The notes: generated by a model from the sequence alone, not told the origin. DNA of 64,000 bases from Candidatus Poribacteria bacterium (GCA_965215265.1 OZ244048.1:2976001-3040000); one strand, 5' to 3'. Numbered from the stretch's first letter, positions 19,034 to 28,739 are shown. Program-made: numbers and translations.

Positions 19034-19915
19034 TTATGTGTCTAAGTTGTCAATCATCAGTAATAATTTCTGGATACAGATACGAGATGCTTCTTCGCCG
19101 GCTTCCGAGAATGCGTGCCCTGCGGGCCGGTTGAGAATTGCCTCGTCAATTTTGAGAGAGGGGCGCCAGTGTGTTTCCAAACAGAGATGTCCGTCGTAGC
19201 CATCATCAACGAAGGCTTGGAGCTGCCCTTGCCAATCAATAATTCCGTCGCCGACTGGAACTGACTCTATCTCGCCGGTCTGCGGATTTGTGCCAGCATC
19301 CTTAAGATGTGCATGAATCATTGTCGGTTTGAGATGATTGTAAGCGTCAGGATAAGGAGTTTCGCCGCCTTTCGCGTGTGCTTCATTGGCGGGATCCCAG
19401 ATGCCACGGACGTTTGGAGAGTCAATCTCCTCAATAAATTTTGCGGTGAGTTTTGCGGTCCGCAGCGAGGTTGTCGATTCGTTTTCCATGCCGAGAATCA
19501 TGCCTTCTCCATCCGCTATCCGTCGAGGTTCATCGTAAGCTGCGATAATTTCATTCCACCGCTCCTCTGTTTTCCCTGTATCCCAAAAGACAAACGTCCG
19601 GATGAGGTTCGTGTTGAACGTTTTCGCTGTTTTGATACATCCGTTCAGAATGTCCAGATGTTCTTTCCGCTCTGCAGCGTTGTCCATATCGCATTTGAAA
19701 AATGGAGATGCGATGCCGATAATCTCAATGCCGGTATCATCTAACAACCGCTTCATCTGGTCAATGTCGGTATCGTCGAGTTCGTGCGGTAGTTTATCCC
19801 ACACCGAACGGATTTCGATGGAGTGTAGATTGAATTCTTTGACAAAGTTGACGACAGTCGCGAAATCTTGGGAGACTTCATCGCCAATAACACCGAGTTT
19901 AAACATAGTTATCAT
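19034..19915 (-). CDS. Sugar phosphate isomerase/epimerase (AP endonuclease 2 TIM barrel)
   Basis: 'GMENE', 'WDPAN', 'HAHLKD', 'VGDGIIDW', 'CLETH'. Confidence 0.88.
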   Translation of the reverse strand: MITMFKLGVIGDEVSQDFATVVNFVKEFNLHSIEIRSVWDKLPHELDDTDIDQMKRLLDDTGIEIIGIASPFFKCDMDNAAERKEHLDILNGCIKTAKTFNTNLIRTFVFWDTGKTEERWNEIIAAYDEPRRIADGEGMILGMENESTTSLRTAKLTAKFIEEIDSPNVRGIWDPANEAHAKGGETPYPDAYNHLKPTMIHAHLKDAGTNPQTGEIESVPVGDGIIDWQGQLQAFVDDGYDGHLCLETHWRPSLKIDEAILNRPAGHAFSEAGEEASRICIQKLLLMIDNLDT

Positions 19916-20068
19916 GACTCCTTTGCAATGTGAATGTGTACGTGAATGATAGCAGAGAACAGCGTTAATATCAAGGAAGATTCTATTTTTTTTTCGGAAT
20001 AAGTCGTTTTGAACTTACAAAAAGTTGTTCAAAAGTGCTATAGGAAATATAACGGTTTTTAGCGGGTT

Positions 20069-20356
20069 TCAGAACAGCGGTTTGAGGCGTAGCGTCTGCT
20101 TTTCTCCGTCTGTTAAAGGCGCGACCTGCTTGGGTTTTATCTCAACCACTTCAGTCGATTCGTCAAGTGTTTCCCCGGCGGGCACGATATAGGTTCTCGC
20201 GTCTGCGGTCGTTTGGAGAATGGCAGTCGGGGGTGTGCTGTCATCTGTCGGGTGAATTGTACCTAGTGAGCGGTACGGTTCACGAGGGACGGGCGGTGTC
20301 CAACCTAACGGACGAAAAAGGTTATTGTCTAGGATGGTTCTATTCTGTTGGCACAC
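20069..20356 (-). pseudogene. Hypothetical protein fragment (accessory)
   Basis: Protein-like 'NNLFRPLGWTPP..EPYR.LGTI' segment without a convincing start. Confidence 0.4.
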
Positions 20357-20417
20357 ACTTTCATCCTCATCGTCGCTGTGTTCTATAAAGAATCCTCCTT
20401 TGCGGGGTTTGTAACCG

Positions 20418-20798
20418 CTATGGGTCCATGAGGATGTAACTTTGACCCTGAGATTCTATCATCTGCTTGACGTGTTCTCGCAGGGATTGTTGATTTTCCA
20501 CTTCGTGCTCCACCCAGTGTCGTGTCCCAGGATGTTCTGTCCCGGTATATTCAGAGTATTTGCGTCGCCACTGAGCTTGCTCTTTTAGGAGATTTTCTGA
20601 TCCGATGCGGAGACACTCTAACTCGCGGTGCACTTGAGAGATAGGAAGTCCACTGCCTTGTATGACTGTGCCGGGGTGCATTTGAGTGGGAGTGATTCTA
20701 CTGCCCTGTACTGCGGAGATGTGGTCTACTAACATGTCATTTAATTCCGCTTGGCGTTGCAGGAGTTGGAGTCTTTCTGCATTCAACTTGGCGAGCAT
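20418..20798 (-). CDS. Hypothetical helical protein (possibly 5'-truncated)
   Basis: 126-aa ORF with coiled-coil-like composition; no recognised motif. Confidence 0.45.
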   Translation of the reverse strand: MLAKLNAERLQLLQRQAELNDMLVDHISAVQGSRITPTQMHPGTVIQGSGLPISQVHRELECLRIGSENLLKEQAQWRRKYSEYTGTEHPGTRHWVEHEVENQQSLREHVKQMIESQGQSYILMDP

Positions 20799-20856
20799 AG
20801 GGTCTTCAAGCAGAGGAGCGCCGCCTGCAGCGTTATCTCCTGCTTTGATTGGGTTT

Positions 20857-21350
20857 CTTCACCAAAAGTTTCACGAGGGGTTTTCGTGAACTTCACACAT
20901 TGTGCACAAGCGAATTTTCTTTCCTGATTACGCGCAGAAAAAAAACACTTGAATAAGGAAGGGAGATTTATAAGTGAAAACCTTACTTCCGGATGAGCAT
21001 CTTCCGCTTGATTGTGAAACTCCTTTTATTGGATGTTGTCATCCCGCCTTTATCCTCTTGTAAGCAGTGGAGGTAAAGGAGGCGACAACATTTTTCAAAT
21101 CTTCAAAATTAAACAGAGACAGCATTTTGCCCTTTGTAAGTAATAAGATAATTATACAGGTAGCCGAGCAGAAGTTAAGTTTTTTTGGCTTCAAACGGTT
21201 TGGTTAGTGGTATGCAATTCACGAAAAGTTTCACGAGAGGTTTTCGTGAACTTCACACATCGTGCACAGACATCACCAGCTGCCCAAAACTTAATTACGC
21301 GTAGACAAAAAATCCTCCTTGAATAAGGAAGGGGGATTTATATCCGTGAA
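20857..21350. repeat. ~125-bp degenerate direct repeat pair (20857-20980 and 21217-21350)
   Basis: TTCAC.AAAAGTTTCACGAG.GGTTTTCGTGAACTTCACACAT.GTGCACA...TTACGCG.AGA...CTTGAATAAGGAAGGG.GATTTATA in both copies. Confidence 0.85.
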
Positions 21351-21359
21351 TTATCTTTC

Positions 21360-22448
21360 TTATAGTTCCAACGCCTGTAGGAATGCTTGAAAACTGTCTG
21401 TTTTGACGGCTATCAGCAGCAATTGCTCGAGGTGTTCTAGGTTAGAAAGCGTTTCGAGTTTCTGCGTGGCAGGCTCTATATCACGGTCAGGGAATCGCGC
21501 GTTGAGGACGGCGGTTATATTTTTGATAGCCGTCTGGCACGCCCCTTGTTCTCTCCCTCGTTCAATGCCTCGTTCAATGCCTTGTGCTATGCCTCGTTCG
21601 AAGAGGAATTCGGCCATTGTCTCTGCCATCGGTGCTACCTCCATATCACTCGTATGCCGGTCTACCAGTTCTATCAACTCTTCTTGCTCTTCCTTTGGAC
21701 GCCGATGCTGAATCAGCAACACCAGATACATTATCGCTTCCCTACGCTGCCCGGAATCGACTGCATCAAGCGTCTCCAGCTGCGTCAAAGTCTCTCGTAA
21801 CGCGCGGCTTATAGACGCTTTGTCCGAATCTCCTTGTTGCAGCACTCTCATCAGCCACCCGAATGGATGCGCCGCCGCCGTCAGCGTCGCCTTGTCTGTG
21901 CCTGTCAGATTCAGAAACAGGATGTCAAATCTCGGAACGAATCGAGAGAGCGCCGCAGGCAGATTCATCATCGCCTCAAGTGTCAGAGGCTTTTCCCACC
22001 GCCGCTCCCCTATGTAAAACACCACAGGCAGAATCGGCGGCAATACATGCTCTCTTCTCGGCATCTTCTCGGCCGCCCACCGCCGCCGCTCCGCGTCCCA
22101 AATCAGCATCATGTAGAAAAGCACCCGAAACCCCATTGTCGCATCTACCGTCGATTGATGTTCAATCAGCAGATAGAGGAGCAGCTCTGCCGCATCCTCA
22201 TCACCATCACTTTTGAAGGGCACCCGATATACAATGTCTGCCTCTTGTTCTCGGAGTGTCGCGGGCAGTAGACTCCTATTCATTGGAACCAGATGCGCAA
22301 AATCAATCAGTTCGGCGAGTTCTGCCGCAACGATTTCTAACAAGCCCCGGACGTTTTCCCTGTTTTCTAATAAGCGGCGTATACTCCGATCGGAAAAGTT
22401 CGCAACAGACATCTCGGACAAAAAGTCGTGGATGTCCTTCTTCTGCAT
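21360..22448 (-). CDS. Rpn family recombination-promoting nuclease / YhgA-like (Transposase_31, PD-(D/E)XK)
   Basis: 'EADIVYRV', 'LLIEHQS', 'FRVLFYM', 'LPPILPVVFY.G', C-terminal 'GIERGIERG'. Confidence 0.88.
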   Translation of the reverse strand: MQKKDIHDFLSEMSVANFSDRSIRRLLENRENVRGLLEIVAAELAELIDFAHLVPMNRSLLPATLREQEADIVYRVPFKSDGDEDAAELLLYLLIEHQSTVDATMGFRVLFYMMLIWDAERRRWAAEKMPRREHVLPPILPVVFYIGERRWEKPLTLEAMMNLPAALSRFVPRFDILFLNLTGTDKATLTAAAHPFGWLMRVLQQGDSDKASISRALRETLTQLETLDAVDSGQRREAIMYLVLLIQHRRPKEEQEELIELVDRHTSDMEVAPMAETMAEFLFERGIAQGIERGIERGREQGACQTAIKNITAVLNARFPDRDIEPATQKLETLSNLEHLEQLLLIAVKTDSFQAFLQALEL

Positions 22449-22511
22449 ATTAGACTCCTAAAACGTATCAGTTGTCAAGTGCTTTTTTCTCAAAACTTAT
22501 ACTTTTTATTT

Positions 22512-22540
22512 ATGATAACACATCAGGGAATCATTGTCAA
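22512..22540 (-). promoter_or_regulatory. sigma70-like promoter of the rpn gene
   Basis: TTGACA-17-TATCAT with TG. Confidence 0.6.
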
Positions 22541-22955
22541 GCAGAGATAAATCAGGCTGAGAAAAAAGAGAAAGAGGTGTGATAGCATTCGGCACACGGC
22601 CGACTCACCATCACACCTCTGCTTTTATCTTTCGCTGCTCATAAAACGAGCCGCACAAGATACGGGGTGGCCCAGCACAAAACCGAACCGGGTTCAGCAC
22701 GCACCAAGCAAAAAATAAGCAGATTATTAACATATAGTTAATATTTTTACCCTATTTCTAACTGATTTTTAACACATAGTTTAAAAATTGTATAGACCCG
22801 ATCTGCGTGCAGCTCGGAAGAGGTAAAGGGGTAAAGATTTAAGGCGTGACAGCCCTCGCACACCGGAACCCGAAGACATCGAACGCGAACTATTTACCAC
22901 AATGTCCGCTATAAATATTCTTAATCCTGATAATTTAGACGCTCATAAACACTTT

Positions 22956-23630
22956 TTATTTGATATCGGGCGCATAAAGCACTTCTGGCGGAACAATCTG
23001 TTCTGGACTATCGGGAGGCCACCAATACCATTGCACTCCCATACCAATAGCCCATTGAAAATACCGAACTTCCACATCGTGCAATCCTGCCGTGAGCGTC
23101 GTGCGCCCTTGTGCAGTTGTCCATGCTTGAAGGCCGTCATTATCTACGATAAGGTCTCCATTGACATATACCTGAGCACCATCATCGGATTGGATTTTAA
23201 AGATGTGGATGCCAGGGTTTTCAACCATCAGCTTCCCGCGGAACCGAATTGCGAAATGTTCACGTGGGTCTATTCCTAGTTCAATAAAGCCTATGTCCGA
23301 ATTTCTCAATGGGAAATCTATATTCGCTGTGGTTAAAGTTTGAACTGGCGTTATCGTGTCGAAATCTGGTAAGGACTCAAGCCAGCCACCGGGAATATAT
23401 ACCTCGGCAAGTAAACCATTAACTGGCTCTGGAACTGGTTCTGGTATTGTCTCGGCTGGTGGTTCCGGTATTTCTTCGGTTGGTGACACTACGGTCGCCA
23501 AAGTCTTTTGGTTTCTATCGCAGCTTGTGATAGAAACGCAGAGTGCCACAGCAAACAATAGGGTCAAAATCGATACAAACTTTCTATTCATTACCACGAT
23601 GCCTTTTTTCGCGTTCTTCCAATCTTTCAT
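22956..23630 (-). CDS. PA14-domain lipoprotein
   Basis: Lipobox-like 'ITSC', Pro/Glu linker, 'FAIRFRG', 'SDDGAQVYVNG..IVDNDG', 'LTAGLHDVEVRYFQ'. Confidence 0.85.
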   Translation of the reverse strand: MKDWKNAKKGIVVMNRKFVSILTLLFAVALCVSITSCDRNQKTLATVVSPTEEIPEPPAETIPEPVPEPVNGLLAEVYIPGGWLESLPDFDTITPVQTLTTANIDFPLRNSDIGFIELGIDPREHFAIRFRGKLMVENPGIHIFKIQSDDGAQVYVNGDLIVDNDGLQAWTTAQGRTTLTAGLHDVEVRYFQWAIGMGVQWYWWPPDSPEQIVPPEVLYAPDIK

Positions 23631-23950
23631 TTCAAAATATCCTTTCGGACAATGTGTCCGTTGTCGATGCGGTTATCGCACCGGTTAGGTTCATAAAGAG
23701 TTATCGGTTTGATTGCGGGCGGGTCGGCGCACAGAGGCAGCCGGAACCCCGCCCACAACACGGAGAAGCTAACACAAGCGCACTTATGGCTGTTTTTCGT
23801 AAACGTGCGAAAGACAGAAGAAGGAGTGAGTGCACTTGTGTTATCAGGTAAGGTGTCGAGGCAACTGGCATACCGGCACCGTTGGCATAAGCCAACTGGG
23901 TCCGCACGCAGGTGCCCGGGGGCCCTGCAACTGAACGCCGCATGCATCAG

Positions 23951-24000
23951 AAAAAAAGCCTGCAACGGCCTCCACCGTCCGAGACGGGAGGCGTGCAGGC
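23951..24000 (-). terminator. Intrinsic terminator/attenuator within a long leader
   Basis: GCCTGCA-CGCCTCC...GGAGGCCG-TTGCAGGC followed by T7 on the minus strand. Confidence 0.7.
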
Positions 24001-24240
24001 GTGAGAAAGCAGCGACTAAGGTAGATGCTGCTTGAGTTAATAAGAGGGTTAACGGACGTGAAGTTAGGGGGGGGTCAATCGTCTTAACAGGGACTTAAAA
24101 CACACGACAGCACGGCATACGCACGCGTTCGCGCCAAAACTACAACCCCGCAACACGGGGCCAGGCACTCTGCTCTTCTGGGACACGGACTCTTGGTGTT
24201 TCATCTTTTTGATTTTTCCCTGTCTGATTCAAGTGAATGC

Positions 24241-24459
24241 ATTTTATTAGAAAACAACGTTTTTTGGCAAACTTTTTTTTGCATCACTCAAAAGTTGTTT
24301 TGCATTATCGCATAACGAACGTTTGTTTGTCAACTTTTTTTTCCGAAATAAAAAATCAACGAAAACATTCTATCAGAAAATAACACTTTTTGGCAAACTT
24401 TTTTTTTGCATCACTCAAAGCGTATTTTATATTATAACACAATCTCTTTTTTTTGTCAA
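24241..24459 (-). promoter_or_regulatory. Four tandem sigma70-like promoters
   Basis: TTGACA-17-TATAAT (24431-24459), TTGCCA-18-TAGAAT (24367-24396), TTGACA-18-GATAAT (24304-24333), TTGCCA-18-TAAAAT (24241-24270). Confidence 0.75.
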
Positions 24460-24532
24460 GTCTTTTTTCAGATTTTTCGTATTTTTGTATACTGCGGCAC
24501 ATCTCAGTTTGATGAGGTATGCTCCATTTTGG

Positions 24533-25540
24533 CTACTGTGCTTTCGCAAGGTACTCTGTTTCGAGAAACGTTTCTAATTCCTCAAAAGTATCGAAGATGC
24601 GTTCGCATAAGTTTTCGAAGAAGATACTCCGTTCGCCTTTATAGACGGCATAAACAGGTTTGTTATAGCGTGAGGCGTAGTTCATCTCGCTCAGGACCCC
24701 TGGCGATAGTTTATCTGTCGGGTAAATAACAACGACAAAATCGCTCTGGTGCAAAAATTGATAATCCCGCGAGATGGTTCGCGTCTTAATTTGCTCTATA
24801 GTAGATGCATCAATTTGACTAAGGGTTGAAGGTTCGCTCTGTCTCACCCAAGCCATATCTTTAATTGAAAGTGGATCAAACACAATAAAAGCAGTTCTCA
24901 GTTTTTCACCGAGGGTTCGAATCGCTTCAATTTCTTGTGGAGTCTCTTGCAGTATCGTAATAGGATAGCTGAGATACAGTGTCGGTTTTGATGAGAAGAT
25001 GAGTTCATAAAAATTATTAAGTCCGTGTTGTCGTGCGACGGTATAGTAAGGTTTTTCACGCATATTTGCGAGTTGCTTAGTCAGGTACTCCTCTTCGTCA
25101 ATCCAGACGTTGAGCATATCGTGGCCCATTCCACTCCATTGGGGATTGCTTTCCATCCGCTGCGAGATGTCGGCGATATTGTCAACGACGTTAATAAAAA
25201 GGTCTGGTGGAAAACCCTCAATTTCTTTAAAGGAAATTCCCTCAACGAGTTCGCCTCTCCATCGGAAACAAGCGTGTAGTCCAATCACTGCATGTTCGTA
25301 GTTGTCTGCGAGGCTTGCAATTTCATAAAAAGCGGTGCGGCGGGCAAGGGATAAGACCGCTGGATCGGAATCGAGAACCTTTTCAGTGAATCGGACTCCG
25401 GATGCAGCGGCGGTGCGGTGCATATAATCACCTACATTAAAGAAACCGATATTCAGTTCCTTCTCATGGCAGAGTGCTTCAAAATCTGCCACTAATTGTT
25501 TGCGGCCGGAGCAGCTGATACCAGTACAGATAATGTTCAT
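24533..25540 (-). CDS. P-loop nucleotide-kinase-like domain fused to a nucleoside 2-deoxyribosyltransferase-like domain
   Basis: N-terminal 'ICTGISCSGRK'; C-terminal 'YLSYPI...FDP...RD...SD...SPGVLSEMNYA...KPVY'. Confidence 0.7.
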   Translation of the reverse strand: MNIICTGISCSGRKQLVADFEALCHEKELNIGFFNVGDYMHRTAAASGVRFTEKVLDSDPAVLSLARRTAFYEIASLADNYEHAVIGLHACFRWRGELVEGISFKEIEGFPPDLFINVVDNIADISQRMESNPQWSGMGHDMLNVWIDEEEYLTKQLANMREKPYYTVARQHGLNNFYELIFSSKPTLYLSYPITILQETPQEIEAIRTLGEKLRTAFIVFDPLSIKDMAWVRQSEPSTLSQIDASTIEQIKTRTISRDYQFLHQSDFVVVIYPTDKLSPGVLSEMNYASRYNKPVYAVYKGERSIFFENLCERIFDTFEELETFLETEYLAKAQ

Positions 25541-25549
25541 TTTTTTTGA

Positions 25550-25633
25550 TTTTTGTCTATCTCCGTACCATAAAGGGTTATGTTGTGTTAAATCCGATGT
25601 AAATCTCGTCAGAGCCGTTTATGTTTAGATTCA
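25550..25633 (-). repeat. Dispersed 60-bp element copy
   Basis: TTTTGTCTATCTCCGTACC...TGTAAATCTCGTCAGAGCC. Confidence 0.85.
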
Positions 25634-25656
25634 TATTATAACAGAGATGGATAGGA

Positions 25657-26469
25657 TTAGGTGACATCGCTAGATTCCTTCTTTTCTTTTAGTTTAGCGA
25701 GTGCTTCCTGCTCTTCAGTCTGCCATGGACGATACGCCGGCTTCTCTAGTTTTTGCGGAGGTCCTCCAAAGACCAGGATATAGGCTCTACGTACCTGTGC
25801 CGTGCTATTCGGTGCCGAATAGTGCAAGGTCCGACAGTGGTGGAAAGTTGCGCCGCCTGCAGGAATTGGACAAGCGACTGCTTCCTCCGTATCAACATCA
25901 TCCGTGACCAAGCCGTGGACGAGCGGGTCGTTGTTAATATGTCGGTGCCACCGCACTTCGGCTTTATGAGACTTAGGTATGAATTGTAAACAGCCGCTTT
26001 CGACTGTTGCGGTATCAAGTGGCAGCCACACGCTGAGGCTATTCGGCAAAATTTCAGGATTCCAGTATGCTTCGTCTTGGTGCCATGGGGTTTCGTTGCC
26101 GTAGTGTGCCGGTTTCAAAATCATGTGCCCGCCGCCGTTTACGGAAGCGAATTCCACACCGAGCAGTTTTGCGGCAAGTCTGCGTGCATTTCGGAAGTAG
26201 ACTGTCTCTCGAAGCGCCGGAAATTGTGCCTCAGGTCCGAGTACTTGTGGCAGCGTTTCGCGTCCGTCGTGTGCACGCGGACCGGCTAAATCAAAATAGC
26301 GTCCCTCTGCCTCTCCGGTGCGTTCTATGAATAGCTCGTCGTAAATACCTTTTAGCCATTCTATCTCTTCATCTGTTGTGATGCGAGGAATGCTGAGGTA
26401 CCCATTCTCCTGAAAAAAGGCGATTTGTTGCTCTGTCACGTCAACGTGAAAGTTATTATTGGATTGCAT
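25657..26469 (-). CDS. Phytanoyl-CoA dioxygenase (PhyH) family
   Basis: 'FFQENGY', 'TPWHQD', 'GCLQFIPKSH', 'HHCRTLH', 'RRAY'. Confidence 0.9.
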   Translation of the reverse strand: MQSNNNFHVDVTEQQIAFFQENGYLSIPRITTDEEIEWLKGIYDELFIERTGEAEGRYFDLAGPRAHDGRETLPQVLGPEAQFPALRETVYFRNARRLAAKLLGVEFASVNGGGHMILKPAHYGNETPWHQDEAYWNPEILPNSLSVWLPLDTATVESGCLQFIPKSHKAEVRWHRHINNDPLVHGLVTDDVDTEEAVACPIPAGGATFHHCRTLHYSAPNSTAQVRRAYILVFGGPPQKLEKPAYRPWQTEEQEALAKLKEKKESSDVT

Positions 26470-26548
26470 CTGTCTCTTCTCTTGCCAGCAGTGATGCGAC
26501 GTTGGCTTCCTCTGCGAGGAAGAAATAGGTCATGGCAGCGTTGTGCTC

Positions 26549-26803
26549 TTTTTCGTATCTCTCCGTACCATCGCCGTTTCTGTTATGCTAACTCGTGTGT
26601 AAATCTCGTCGGAGCCGCACTAGGTTATGATTCCTCTTTTTCGTATCTCTCCGTACCATCGCCGTTTCTGTTATGCTAACTCGTGTGTAAATCTCGTCGG
26701 AGCCGCACTAGGTTATGATTCCTCTTTTTTGTATCTCTCCGTACCATCGCCGTTTCTGTTATGAGTGCTCGTGTGTAAATCTCGTCGGAGCCGCACTAGG
26801 TAT
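26549..26803 (-). repeat. Three tandem 88-bp units (60-bp element + linker)
   Basis: GTATCTCTCCGTACCATCGCCG at 26555, 26643 and 26731. Confidence 0.95.
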
Positions 26804-26853
26804 TGTCAATAAGTCACCTTTCAGTTCTGTCCATTTCTAATCTCCAATACGTT

Positions 26854-28671
26854 TTACCGAATTAAAACGTCAAAAGGTAACATTGTCACAACCTGTTCGT
26901 TTTTAAAGAGATTGAGCATAAGGGCTATCTGATGCCACTGCACTCCTAAGGCAGGTAATGGAAGAAGCTGGTGAGGTGTTACCTGTAACGGAACCGTGAT
27001 TTGGATTTCCGTGTTTTCTACCATGCTCTCAAAAAGTTGTTCGAAAAAGGTTTTCTGCTTGGGCAGTACAATGATATTGAGTTTATCTTCCTCAGAAAAA
27101 CCGGCCTGTTTCTTAGCAATCGCGAGGGCTGTTTCCAGCCCTCCGAGTTCATCAACAAGCCCTAACTCTTTCGCTTGTTTCCCTGTCCAGACTCTCCCTT
27201 GTGCGATTGCGTCAAGTTCAGCATACGGTTTTTTTCGTCCGTTAGCGGCTTTTCGGACGAAGTCTTGATAAACCGTCTGCATCAGTTTTTCAACACGCTC
27301 CCGTTCCGTAGGTGTAAACCCTCCATAATCGGAGTAAAGTGTGGCGCTTTTGCCCAACGTGATAATCTCCTTTGTTAAACCCACCTTATTATAGAGTCCT
27401 TTGAGATTGAGTTTTCCGCCGAAAACACCAATAGAACCGGTGAGGGTTCCGGGCTGTGCAACGATTGTGCCTGCTGCCATAGCAATATAGTACCCTCCGG
27501 ATGCGGCGACATCGGACATTGAAACAACAACGGGTTTTTCGTTTTGTGTTTGAAACACCTCGCGCCAGATAAGATCAGAAGCACGAGCTGAGCCGCCGGG
27601 GCTATCCACGCGGAGGACAACTGCGTGCACGGTTTCGTCTGTACGTGCTTTTTCAAACGCCTTTTTCAGAGTTCGTGGGGTAATAACGGCCGCTGTTGAA
27701 AAAAAATCGTCGGCCCCTGTCATAATTGGACCGCTGGCATAGATGAGCGCGAGCTGCTGCTCTGGCTTTTGCGCCTGTGCCCGTTGAGGCGGACTCAACA
27801 TGGCGAAGAGTTGCATCAGTCCAGCGAAGCTATTCATATTCGGCATCTTTCGCTTATTGCTGCCCGGCTTAACGATCTCAATCTCTTCATCCGAGTCTGT
27901 TTTGATGGACTCAAGCAGTTCATCGTAGTATTGCAATCCATCAACGAGTTTCGCGTCGTATGCCTCTTTTGCGGTGAAGGGACCCTGATCGATTAGAGAG
28001 GCGACTGCCTCCATACTGATTTCGTTGCGCCCATCAGCAATCATAGAGCGGAACTCTTCATAAAATTCATCGAGAATTCCTGTCATCGATTCACGGAATT
28101 CTTCTGACATGCTGTCACGTGTATAAGGTTCGATCCCGGATTTGTATTTGCCCATGGCGAGCATCTCGGCTTGGATGTCTACTTTCTCCAATAATCCTTT
28201 GAAAAAAAGGACTTCAGCACGTAGTCCGATGAGATTGAGGCTTCCGGTCGGCATGAGAATAATGCTATCCATTGCACAAGCCAGGGCATATTCTGCATTC
28301 CCGCCGCCCTCGAGGTAACTAATTGTCTTTTTACCGGTAGCGCGAAATTCGCTCACTTTGTCTTGGATTTCTTGGAGTTTCGCCCACCCTACGCCAAGGG
28401 ACTTAATTTTGAAGATAACGCCTATCACTTCATCATCGTTTTTGAGAGCCTCTAATTTTTTGAAAAGGCTACGGAGCGTGTTGGAGCTTGAGGTTCCAAA
28501 AGCACTACTCGTTTTGACTTCAGGGAAAGCTCCGTCAATTGTGAATTCCACATATTTTTTTGGGGGTGATGCTGTCGCTGCTTGGTGTTCCTCTGCGAAT
28601 GCAGGCAATTCCACAGTGAATAATACAAGCAGCACTATCGCTGCGTACCAGAATATTCGTAACGGTTTCAT
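26854..28671 (-). CDS. sppA: Signal peptide peptidase SppA (67-kDa type)
   Basis: 'GKYKS', 'LRVDSPGGS', 'VAASGGYY', 'TGSIGV', 'GRVWTG.QA'. Confidence 0.92.
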   Translation of the reverse strand: MKPLRIFWYAAIVLLVLFTVELPAFAEEHQAATASPPKKYVEFTIDGAFPEVKTSSAFGTSSSNTLRSLFKKLEALKNDDEVIGVIFKIKSLGVGWAKLQEIQDKVSEFRATGKKTISYLEGGGNAEYALACAMDSIILMPTGSLNLIGLRAEVLFFKGLLEKVDIQAEMLAMGKYKSGIEPYTRDSMSEEFRESMTGILDEFYEEFRSMIADGRNEISMEAVASLIDQGPFTAKEAYDAKLVDGLQYYDELLESIKTDSDEEIEIVKPGSNKRKMPNMNSFAGLMQLFAMLSPPQRAQAQKPEQQLALIYASGPIMTGADDFFSTAAVITPRTLKKAFEKARTDETVHAVVLRVDSPGGSARASDLIWREVFQTQNEKPVVVSMSDVAASGGYYIAMAAGTIVAQPGTLTGSIGVFGGKLNLKGLYNKVGLTKEIITLGKSATLYSDYGGFTPTERERVEKLMQTVYQDFVRKAANGRKKPYAELDAIAQGRVWTGKQAKELGLVDELGGLETALAIAKKQAGFSEEDKLNIIVLPKQKTFFEQLFESMVENTEIQITVPLQVTPHQLLPLPALGVQWHQIALMLNLFKNEQVVTMLPFDVLIR

Positions 28672-28710
28672 CTATTTCTCCCTCTATTTTATGTCCATTT
28701 TGATACGGCT

Positions 28711-28739
28711 ATTTTACAATAAAATCTATCTCAAGTCAA
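28711..28739 (-). promoter_or_regulatory. sigma70-like promoter of sppA
   Basis: TTGACT-17-TAAAAT. Confidence 0.55.
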
